A stretch of 64,000 nt of DNA from Candidatus Omnitrophota bacterium (GTDB taxonomy: Bacteria; Omnitrophota; Gorgyraeia; VGKH01; JBHPFN01). The notes under the pieces are model-generated. The model did no database searches. It worked only from the letters and a program-made list of their open reading frames with translations, and was not told the origin of the DNA. The DNA lies in NCBI GenBank assembly GCA_042571725.1, contig JBHPFN010000005.1, positions 1,196-65,195 on the forward strand, given 5' to 3'. The translations under genes were made by a program, and so were the position numbers. This document shows, one piece after another, positions 39,001 through 51,000 of the stretch; the first letter of the stretch is position 1, and the number at the start of each line of letters is the position of its first letter.

Positions 39001-42000
39001 CAGCTTTGCCGCAGAAAAGATGCATCTTATTACTGAATTTTTACCCGCTCGACACCATCTTTATAGGGAAGATGTGCCAGATTTCGCTCAAGTCTTCATG
39101 GCCGCAGACAGAACATCAACTGTAATGAATGAGGCCAATTTGCTGGAAATATACTCACAGTTAGATATCGAACGCATCGTAAGTATGGCGTCTGCACAGC
39201 CCGAGAACACGGAGTCTTCATCGTTACTAAAGCGCATCAATTGGCCGGTAGTGATAACGTTTGCATTTGCAATTATGTTACTCATCGCTTGGTTCATACG
39301 AGACGTGGTGGGTAATTTTGCATTCGTCCAGAACAGCTGGTTGGTGCAGTTAATGCCCATGGATGACGACGGCACCTTGTGGAGTAAGATTAACGGGCAA
39401 TTCCTAAAGTTCCTTAGAATCCCTATGATGACGGGCGGTCTATATATTTTAACCTACATCGGCTGGCGCCTAGCGGGATACTCTGAATCTGAAAAAGGGT
39501 TTTCTAAAAAAGAAAGGCTATTTTGGGTAGGCCTCTTCTGGGTTTTCATGATACACCACATACTTGATAGGCACTTCGGTTGGGGCGCTGGAAGACGCAT
39601 ACTAGAAGGCGAACACTTATGGATTAATTTCGTCCTGCACTCAGTTTCAGCTGGGCTGATGTATAATGTTATGCGCTATTTGTCTTATGGGCCTTTCATT
39701 AGATCTAAAAAGAGCGTTGATGCCTCCAGAAAGGAAGTAGGGGAATCCCGCAAGGAAAGCAGTCTTGAGGCAGGCGTTGTTTCTCTGCAGCTTGACATGG
39801 AGCGGTTCCTTTATTCTATCACAGCCGAATTTCATGATACTGCAGAGTGGATCTTTCCGCGCTATCCGCGTATAAGCAGGCAGTCGTCGATTGCCTTAGC
39901 TGAGGTGCTCTCAAAGGCTTTCGGGCTACCGATTATCGGAAAAGATCCCGATGCCCAAGACAGTCCTAATAGATTAGAGGTAGTAATCGGCATGAAGCGT
40001 ACTACATCACGCCGCGCAGGAGATATCGTCCCCCATGCGTGGCTGGCGGTAGTCATGGATAATAAAAAGGCGCTGTATATTGATGCAACCCTTGGGCAGC
40101 ATGTTCGCGCATTAGAGGGTAAGGTTGCAGTGTTACCGTACGATGAGGCCTTAGAAGAATTTGAGTTTGTAGAGGTGACCGAGCAATTGATTATACAGGA
40201 GATTCACAAAGTAAAATCCCAGGATCTGCGCACGATGCTTTATTATATGCTGAAAGGCGATGAAATCGACTGGCATGAACGGGACGCCGCTATTGATTCC
40301 CCCCAGTTTTACTACATGCTTGCCTTGCTATCATTAAAAACCGACAACGAAAACGTGCGAGCGGGTAATCTGTATTTTCGACTAGAAGACAGAGATGAAG
40401 AAAGGACCGACACGTTAGTTAGAATACTATCAAGCCGGGTAGCTGCCTCAGCGCCTCAAGAAGGGGCTCCGGCCAACAATGCACCAAAGGGTGATGCTGC
40501 GTTCTTCTTAGGCTTGCCAACGCTTCTGTTCGGTATTGAATCTCTTGGTGAACTATTAAACTCAGTTGATCTGGCACCGATCGGGCTCGCATTTGCGCCT
40601 TTCTGGAAGTGGTGGGGCAAGGGAAGGAAAGAGCCAGAACCATCAGAGGTGCCTAGGCAACCAGCTTCAGATGAACCACAACCTCTAGAAAAACCAGAAC
40701 CGTTTTCTGAGGAATTGATAGCTGACCTCGCGGGAATTTTACGTCTAAGGCCAATGGTAACTACTGCAACTTCTGGCCCGGAGAAATTAGTAGAGCTGCT
40801 TGTTAAAAATCTGGATCTCAGAGGCGAAAAGATTTCTAAAGACAGGCTCCAATACAGACCGGAAATTGAGCAATTTCTTGAGGCACTTCTTACAGTCCTT
40901 CGAGACGGGGTTGAATTAGAACAAAAAACCGCAGCAAGGATATTGCTCGCCTTGCGTCTACATCTCTCGAAAAATCTATGGACGCAGATAGTTATACCTA
41001 TGGCTGATCGCCTAGACGTCTGGGGAGAGGTGTGCGATATTACAGGGGAAATACCGTATTCGCAAGCGCTCGTGACCCAATTAAAGAACATTTTAGGCCT
41101 GGAGACGAAAGCAAAAGAAGCTTTAACCCCAGAGGGATTGGTTGTGTTGCTTTCTGAAGAACTAGAGTTTGGAGAAAAGATTGCAAAGAATAGGAAAAAT
41201 ATTGCACAGGCCATTGAAATAATTCTCACCGCCCTCGGTAGTGAAGATATGGTAGAACGAGATACTGCAGCAATAATATTAAGCGCCTTACGTCTTCATC
41301 TCTCAGAGCATCTATGGGAGGAAGTAGTAATGCCCACGGCGCATAGCTTAGGTGTGTGGTCTCAATTTTTAGTTGCTACTTCAGAACAGGGTGAAGAATC
41401 GCCTGTAGCTGAACCTTCTGCTGAAGCTACTGCTGGGGCTGAAACAACTCTTGATCCTGCAACGAAACATCGTTCCAAGGTAGTAAGAAAGACCCCTGCA
41501 GCAATACGAAATCTCTTAGAAGCCGATCCGTGTGATTTTGATTTAGTGTTTGAACGCCTTGGACAGGTTGAAACAGCTCTTGCAAACCTTCCACCTGCAA
41601 TGGTCACCTCAGAACCCGAAGATATCGCATCTCTTCGAAGACGAGCCGAAGAGGCTCAGCGAGTTCACGAGGCTGAATTAGCCGCAGCTGTACCTGCGCC
41701 TTCGCCAACACCCGAACATGGGGCGCCAACACCTTTACCACCGGTAGATGATGTCCGTACAGCCCGAGAGGCTCAGGAAAGAGATATCGATGCCTTGATA
41801 GAAAGACTGCAAGAGTTGCGACATGAAGCACAAATATTCGCAGAGAGGATATTGAAAAAGACAGCCTTTGAGAATTTATCTACTGTTCATCCAATCTATG
41901 TTGATATGATGGAGGAAATCATAGGTATCGATCGTCAAGACCTCACGGGTGACTTACGAGGAAAGGTAATGGCAGCAATGGATACGCTCATACTTGTATA

Positions 42001-45000
42001 TGCACAACGTCTGGATGCAGGTGTTCCGAGAGAAGATAGGCGATGGGGAGAATGGGCGTCGTTTGGTTCTGTGGGCAGTCTAGTAACACGCGAGCAGGAA
42101 AGCTGGTTTAGAGGCGATGGCTCAACATTCGTTGAAACAGAAGAGAAAGAAACCGCAGACTCTCCAGAGAAAGCCACAGCTATTCAGGAAATCCGCGAAG
42201 CATTAGGTGCTACGATAGAGGCTTTAGACAGATTAGGGTCATCATTCCCTCATGAAGATAACTATTGGCCCCTTAGAGATCGTCTAGAAACGCTTTATGC
42301 TCGGCATGCGAGTGTGCTTTCACCTGCGCAAGAAGAATTTCTTAAGCATATAATCACCTTACTGCTTGGTTCAACTATGCCAGCTGAGATAGCCAAAGAA
42401 ATCAGGGATCAACTTGAACCTTTTTCGCAAGACACTATCGGAGTTAAAAAAGCCGCTGCCCCCGAACAGAAAGCCGCAGCCATCCGGGAAATCCGTGAAA
42501 CATTATACGCTGCTGAAGAGATTTTGCGAGGACTAGGATCTCCCCGCGAAGGTACCTATCGTCGCCTTAGGAACATCCTAGAATTGGTTTACCAACGGCA
42601 TGTAAGCGTGCTTTCACCTGAGCAAAGAGAATTTCTTGAGCAAGTAATCACATTACTACTTAGCTTGACTATGCCAGACGAAATAATCAGATATATCAGG
42701 GATCATCTTACACTCTTTTCTAAAGAGGCTGAAAAAGGAGCGCTTGCCCCGACACCACCGTCGGAATCAGCCCCGACACCGGAGGCATCAGACGAAGACA
42801 TATCTTCTTTAACTCCTCTGGAGAGAATCGAAAAAATAGTAGTGGCAATTAAAGGAAATATAGACAGTTTCCATAAAAAGCTGGGGAACCCTCAAGCAGC
42901 ATTCGAGGAGCTCGATGCCGCAATGGGACAGTGGTATACTCTCGATCCGTTAATACAGGAAGAAGGGTTGACAACTGAAGAGGCCATCGCTGCTTGTATG
43001 GGAGACGAGCTTCGACGCAAAGCCGGTCTTGGCCTACGTCAATTAGCAGACGTACAAGCCAACCTAAGAGGTATTCGCAAAAAAGGCGCATTAAGCGCGG
43101 ATCCAGACCGTTTAGAAGAAGCAATACCAATATATGAAGCTGCATTGTTGTTTAGGCCAATGGAAGATCATAGCTCACGAGCTGACATTAATGCGCATCT
43201 TGGCGAGGTAAGAGCCGCACTTGAAGCATACACGCAACCCCATAGAGCAATTCAGGACGGACTAGGTCGGCTGCATGCTTCGACGGATAGGCTTCAAGGT
43301 GCCTTCAGAGATGTGGTTGGATTAGGCCGGGAAGAGCGTCAAGTCTCGGCTCTTAGCCAAGAGGCTATATGGGCTGTTGAAGACGAATTATCATATCTAA
43401 ACCGTTGTTTGAGAGTATTCCGTCAATACCCTGATGAGGATTGGGAGCTTACGGATGCCGAAGTAGCAGGAAAGAGGATTCTGGAGAAAATACAAATGGA
43501 GGATGATGGCTATCACGATTTGTCTTCATCGCTAAGAGACTATGTGGTTGAAGCGTTTTATAGTTTAGGCCGTGCATTGTGCGGAGATTTTACATGGTTT
43601 GATGAAATAACAGACAGAATAGAGATGGAAACGGAGCCATATAGCGAAGGAGAACTTGATAATTTAGAAAAGGCATATGAATATTTTGGACATGTAGTAA
43701 GACTTGCAACTTCTGGGGATAGTAAAAGAGATGCTGAGCTTGCCATGGACCAGATTAAGATAGTTCTTAGAAAGCTCAGGCCGCGTAGTAAAATTTTAGC
43801 TGATGATGAACCGCCGGCAGACCCGACCCCAACGCCACCGTCGGGACCGGCTCCAGGATCTTTCTTAGGAGTAGGAGGAGGAGCTGCCTCAGCGGCATTG
43901 GATGACTTACTTGAAGAAGAGGGGTCTGCTCCGCACCAAGAAGATGCGGGACCTGCTGCGTCGGCTGGCGAAGTGCAAGAAGACACAGGGCCAGCGGCTA
44001 CGCCGACTGGCGAAGTGCCTGCTACGTCGACCGAAGCCGACCCGGCTGGGGAAGCTCGAGCATTATTAATACGTGTCAGAGACACTTTACAATCATTAGA
44101 GAGGTATGATTACGACACCTATGCTCGACTAGGGCAAGAAATAATAAGTTTCCGTGATGCTCATTCTGGTTTGTTGACAGCGGGACAGCTTGAGGTCTTG
44201 AAGCAAGTGAGTACAGACTTGCGTTTCGATGAACCAGAGTCTTCCATAGTAGGGTATATCGATGGCAACCTTGATCGCTTTCCAGAAGCAGTAGTTTCTG
44301 AGTCTGAACCCGAAAGCGAACCAGGAGAGACTGTTGTTGTTCAAACAGGGCAACCCGACAAGCTTCTTACTGCTATCTTTGGTCAACCTACTTTTGCTGA
44401 AGCGGCTGAAGAAGGGCCGGTTGCTGATGCATCTATAGAGGAGCCTTCGGCCGAGGCTGAGTCAGCAGAAGAAGCACCACCAGCTTCGCCTCGCGACATT
44501 ATGTTCGCCTCACAGGATGTAAACGGATATCTACGCTCAGCAGAAGAAGAGATTGAGGCGCAGCACTACGATGACGCAGAGGGGACTTTAGATTCTGCAA
44601 GAAGAGCCCTTGGACGTTTACGAGAGATGGATGAAACACACCGGTCAATAGCCGGATATGAAACAAGGATTGCAGCCTGTGCTGCGGATATTAGTGCGGG
44701 CCAGGATAGACTCGCTGAATATGATTCAGGTGGAACTGCAGATGACGAATCAGATGATGCAGCGCTCTCCGGCATAGAAGCAACGATCGTAGAAATAGCA
44801 GAGGCAATCGAGGAGAATGTGCAGCTTTTCCGAGACCATCTATCAGGCAATCGGGGAGAAGCCCGTGGCTATCTTGATTTGGCAATGTCCCAGCGGCGCA
44901 GGCTTGTTGATTTTATGCGCCAGGAAGGTCTACAGAGCGAACAAGATATTGCCCGCGAGATAAGAGGAAGCATTCGAGGAAGGATGACTAACGCCTTACG

Positions 45001-48000
45001 CAGCCTCGCAGGTCAAAAAGCTAGAATAGGAAGCCTTAATCGCCATGAAGAGGTGCGTGATGCTCGAGGCTTGAGAGATGGTGTAGCAGTTTATTTAGAT
45101 GCATTGAAGTTTATGCCGGGTGACCTTTCTATCAGTCGAGACCTTAGCTTAGCAAGAGGAGCACTTGGAAAGCTTGGGTTACAGGATGAAGAGCCGCGGG
45201 ATTATGGCCCCAGAAGGAGAAGAAGAGGCAGACAACGCGGAGGAGCAAGGCGAGGGGAACAACAACGAGCCGCTGATTTAGGAAGAACTACCGATGCCCT
45301 CGCACGCCGAGCAGAAGAAGAACGGCAAGCCACAGGTTTTAGCCAAGAGGATAGGTGGGCTGTTGAAGACGCATTAGGCTATCTTAAGAGAAATTTAGAC
45401 ATGTTTCGTTCATTTCATGATAAGGCGAATCTTGAAGAAGCAGAAAGACGTGGGCAAACAATATTGGAAAGAATAACTAAGGCTGATGGTAGTTATCATA
45501 ATTTACCCTCTTCGCGTCGATTTCGAGGCGATGTTGTTGAAGCACTCTTCGACTTAGGCCGCGCCTTGTGCGGTGATTTTGAAAGCTTTAGAGACATAAG
45601 CAGCAGAACAAACGAATATACAGAAGAAGAATTAAATAATCTATCCAAGGCAAAGCAGTATTTTGAGGCGGTAAAAGGTTTATCAGTATCTCATGATTTT
45701 ACATGGGGCGAAGCTGATTTAGCCTTGACTTTGATTGGGGATGTTCTTGCTGTGCGACGAAGCGCAACGCCTACTGATGAACCGTCGGCAGGACCTGCCT
45801 CGGCGCCTTCGTCTGCACCGGAATGTGCGGCATTGGCGAGATTTACAGCGACGCCGACAGATGAAACTGTTGATACAGGAGAGCAGGAAGGCGATAGAGT
45901 AGATTTAGTTATTCTTGCTTCAGATTTTCAACAGGGCGTTGTTAGAATTGATGAATTTAGAAGGTTATTCGAGTCAACATACGTAGCAGAAGAACGGCTC
46001 GATAGCGAAGGAGTTCTCGCCCTTCTATGGCGACACGGAGATGCCCCGGGAGTTATTCAATGTACCTTTGCTTCAATCCAGGCTGTTGTGTCAGAAGGGG
46101 TGATTACAGATGTTGCTGTGGAACTAATGGCAGAGCTAGGGGTTCATATTGGAGGAGGTTTTGATTGGGATTGGGCAGAGAACTTCTTTTCTAGGAAGGG
46201 ATACGGTCTGAATGTTGCCAGGGCAGTGCACCCCATATTAGAGAGAGAATCACATACTTCGCAAAGAGTGGAGAAAGTAGAAGAATTAGTTACCGCCTGG
46301 CCTCTGAAAGATAACCAAAAAAGAGAGCTTAAAAAGGCTATTCGTGAGGCATGGCAAAGACTAGCAAGAATCAGCGAAGAACGGCGAGCATCACGGGATC
46401 CTGACTCAGGTCCGGGCAGCGATTCAGGCTCAGGTGACACCTACTTTGCTATCTTCTTTGCGGTTATGCTGGGTGATATTCTGATGAGATGGTTATTGCC
46501 AGAAGCAGACAGCAAAGCCGCTACTGTCGTATTAGGCACAACGCTTGCTTTCATTCCACCGCCCTGCCTGCCGGCAGGCAGGCCTTCGGGTTCGGTTTCA
46601 GGGAGAGGCGAGAACGCATCCGGATTAGATTTACTAAGATTTAGAGATGTAGTTTCGCACATTACTCACCGCGGAGAGAGAGAGTTCATTCCAACGCTGC
46701 GTCGACTGATTAGAGATGCAGGTGTTCAGAAAATCGAGTTTTTACTTGATGACCCAAGCAAGGTCGCTGAAATAAAAAATAAGATCACAGAGCAGGTTGT
46801 TGACTACGCGGATTGGAAAGATATCTTAGCGCTTATCCGCAGTGTATTGTCAACTGAATACGGAATTGATATGTATGAAGTCTTCAGCGCGATAGGAAGA
46901 ACGGCGCGACGACTAAAGGTTGAATATTTTGAGGTAGATATCATTACAGCGTTGCGTGCATTAGAATTCCAGCTGGCACCTGACGATATGCCGGTGTATC
47001 GCTGCGTTGAAGAGCGATATGCAGGGCTACCCGGACTGGATGTATTCAATGGATCAAATTGGGGTATTTCTATGGTAGGCCGCCAACTTGCTGAAAACAA
47101 TGCGAAGGGAGAAAACGTCGTCATGATCGAATCGACTGTCGGCGAATTACGACAGAGAGGTGTGATCATACCTGAATTTGGTTATTCAATTGCTTTGGTT
47201 CAAAAAGAGGGTGAGGCAGGTAAAGTCAATCATAGAGTCGTAAAGAGATTTCCGAACAGTGGCATAGGCGGCGGAGCCGGCGCTGTGGTGTTTGTTGCGC
47301 TCGCGCTGGGTGAGTTATTGAAATGGATATTCCCAGAGACAGCACTGACTACTTTTAGTTGGTGCGGTACTGTTAGCGATAGCAACCCTTTTAGGGCCTC
47401 GTTTACAGATGCCAGTGCTGATTCAGCTCCGATTCAGCTTGCCGCCGGCGGAGGGATAATCAGATTTTTAGCAGGAGATTGGAAACTAAAGAAGAGACGG
47501 AAGCCAAGAAAGACAAAAAGAAAAGCTAAAGAAAAAACTCCCTCTGCTGAATTAAATAAACGCCAACAAAAGGAAAAAGACAAAGGGTTAAGGGCTGTCG
47601 CTGAATTGCTCGAAAGAGGCACGGGACTGGCAGAGCAGGATAATGTTAAAGAAGCTCAAGACAGGTACGAGAGGGCCCAAAGTAAAAAGAACGCTTTAGT
47701 TAAAGCTCATTTGTTAACAGCAGATGAACAAAGAGAATTAGGGGAAGGAATTATAGAGTTGAGCAGAGCCATTGGCAGAGCAAAAAAGAGAGAGCACAAA
47801 CAACGCACAGGTGCTGTTGCAGAGGTGCGCGAGAAATTTTTAGCTGAATTTACCGGAGCATGGGAGGCGGCTCCTACCGTAACAGATAAGTGGCATGTGT
47901 TAAACAATGTACCCAGAGACCATCAGCGCATGGCTGGGGTCCGCGAAAAAGTTGCTCAGCTAACCGAAGATATTGCACAAGCGCAGACACGCCTGGGAGA

Positions 48001-51000
48001 AGCTGAGCGTGAGTTCAGCGCGGCTGAAAGTTCATCTTTTATTCCTGAACAGCAGGTTCATCGTGAGGTTGGTTCAGCACTGACCGCAGGTATAAAGACG
48101 CTCCACCCCTCCTTATTCACCGCCAGAGAAGCAATTGATAGATTATTAATGAGAATTCAAAAGTTAGCAGACACTAGAGAGCAACGAAGACAGCAAGAGG
48201 CCCGGGAACTCCGAGAGTTCTGGGGTGATTTTGACCTGACCTGGCAGGCAGCAGAATCATTAACAGAAAGATTTCAGCTTCTCGATAACGTACCAGACAA
48301 ATATATATCCCCTGAGTGGGGACAAAGGTTACGAGAGTTCATAGATCAAATTGGTGAGGTGAGAAGATTAATTGAGGAATATAAGCGCAAACACAGCCAT
48401 GGGTTAGGATTAGGTGTGGAGTATGTAAGGGTATTTGTAACACAGGTGGGAGAGGGTGTTTCCGAGCAGAAAAACCCAGATGAATTCTTAACTGAAGCCA
48501 GGGGAGATATCAATAGCTTATTGACACGGGCTCAGGCCTTGGTTAGCAGGGCAGAAGAGTTAGAGGCAAGGGAGGATGTTAGAGACGAAGCACGTTATCA
48601 GGAAGCTATAAGAGAACTTGAAAGATGTGAAGTTTATATTGAGAGCGCATTGCGCTTAGCTGCCTGGGCTTATCAAGAATTTTCTGAAAGTAGATACTCT
48701 GAAAAACAGCGTAGAATTGATTCTCTGCTTGATGAACATTTCAGATTGAATTGGCCTGACGTAGACCCTGTTGAAGCGAGGGAAGAATTTAAAGTTATTA
48801 TAAGAGGGTTAGGTCAATCGGGGCTTCAAGAACATATTGAATCATTTTTAACCGCTCAAGATCAGAAACAAGTGCTCTATGAAGATGCTGTGCACGGCTC
48901 ACGCATCAGCCGAGTTGTCGAGGATGTTGCAGACTGTATGATGCCACACGAAGATGCGGTGCTGATGCTTAGAAGAGGAAGTAAAATGACGGTCGTTACA
49001 GAGCTCACCAGGATTGCCAACGACGAATATGCTTATGAGACAGAACGCGCAAGCGCTATTACACTGTTGGCAGCAAAGTCATTTTCAACAGCTGCTCGAT
49101 TATTAATAACAAGAGCTTCAATAGAAGACCTCTCTTTACTCGATAAGATTATGTATGCAAAGGGCACGCATACGGAAGAAGAACGCGTAATCGCAATTAG
49201 ACTTATGGGTGCGTTTTCAGCAGAAGAGACAGGAGGTTTAAGAGAAGCAGCTATAGATTATTTAATAAAGGTGCGTATTGATGAGGTCCGTGATGTAGCC
49301 AGGCAGGTTGAGGCAAACAGAATCGTAAGCAATCATGTCAGACTCGCAGAGACAAGAAGGGTTCCGCAGCCTATGCGTACTAAAAGAGAGGTGGAAATAA
49401 TTGAGGAGAGCCTTGCAGGATATGGTAATGCCTTTGTTGAGCGCTGTGAGGCTGAAGACATGTTAAGCTGGGTACCGCAGCCAGAACACAAAGCAACATA
49501 TTTTGTTGTTTTGAGGCGAATAATAGAGCGCATAGGCACTCATCAGGCAGGCAGCCTTCTGAGCGAACTAAACAGATTAACTCCGTGTCTATTGCCAATT
49601 ATCTTTGTCTTAGGGTTGGGCATGGAGATGTGGCAGCCCGGCTTTGGCATTGAGTCAATCTTAAGTCAACTTACCTCAGATAATCAAATGCTCGCTCCAC
49701 CCGCAATGGGCTCTATTCCTGCCGACTCCCTACCACTTTTTGCCTTCCTGATTTCTCCTAAAATAATTGATTGGTTTGTAAGAATGTTCCAGCGCTTGAG
49801 AAGAACTCCAGCGCCCCAAACAGATGGACGCAAGATTCACAATTTAGACGGTGAATACGAGTATTGGAAACGCCGCATTGCCCTACTGGAGCAACAAATT
49901 GCAGAGTTCCAGGAAGCAGATGATCCGGCTACTGCTATCAAAGAAGCCAAACTGGATGAGATGAAGCAAATCCTAACACTTCTCGAACAGCTTCAGGATA
50001 TGTGCGTGGTTGAGCTTATAGATTACATCAAGAAAAATCAGGCCACACCTACACCGGAGCAAGATTCCCGGGCAAGAAGTATTACTAATATCTTAAACTC
50101 AAATACCCGATTCAGGCCGTTTAACCGCGATAATATTATCTTTATCGATTATAAAAGCAGACTCGGTAGAGCCTTGGGCTTGGATGATCCTTTAGCGGGT
50201 GGACATTTCAAGCGGTTCGTCGATGTCTTAAGGGATAGAAGAAACCTGTATTTTGTAGCCAGCAATACGACGGACATCGTTGACTTCACGAATGCCATTC
50301 TTCATGAGCGCTACCATGCATTGCATGTAGGGGTTGATAAGCTTCTACAGCAGAGGTTTAGGATTCCTTATGATGTAGCAATTATTTTTATCGAAGCTAT
50401 AACCGAATTTCGTGCCTGGCAGAAGATTGAAAGGATGCTTTTGGAAGATAAGGCCCCGATTCCTATTACTGTTGAAAAAGAATTTATCAGTGACTTACGC
50501 TGGGCCTTAAGGAGAAGATTTAAAAAGGCATATGACCGCTCCGCGAGGAGTGTAGAAGAGCTTTTCAGATTCGGAAGAACCGAATGCGGATGGTATGTGC
50601 TTGAAAGAGAGTTTCTCGTGTTTGTTGTTAAGGTCTTTGGCAACGATTACGATAGGCCTTTTGAGCGGTTTGTTTTTGAAGGACATATCGATGAGCTCGT
50701 TGAGCAGCTTTCTCCTAAGGCCATCGAAGTGCTGTATGGATTAGCACGCTATCGCTCGCAGGAGCATGTCGATCAAGAGGAACTAATCTTCAGGGCAATG
50801 AAGAAGACGGTTGAGAACGATAATTTTAGGGCTATCCTTCGTTTTGAATTTGAGGCTATGACTCAAGACTATGAAGTAGAACAATTGATGGCTCATCTCG
50901 ATATCTTACTCGATGCCTTTGAGGTAAAGCAATACGCATTGATGGCAGCAATTGCCAGGAAAGAAGAGGTACTTGAGGAGTACGCATATGGCGAAAAGGC

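Noticed and set aside
40456-41229. The largest ORFs in the supplied track are on the minus strand: 40456-41229 (257 aa), 43558-44085 (175 aa), 51115-51630 (171 aa), 62993-63442 (149 aa) and 61012-61422 (136 aa).
   Set aside because: All lie antisense to well-supported plus-strand coding sequence (HEAT-like repeats, the P/A/E linker, junction J25 and the RND module). Their translations are low-complexity and Ser/Pro/Ala-rich, as expected for shadow ORFs, and I recognised no domain motifs in them.
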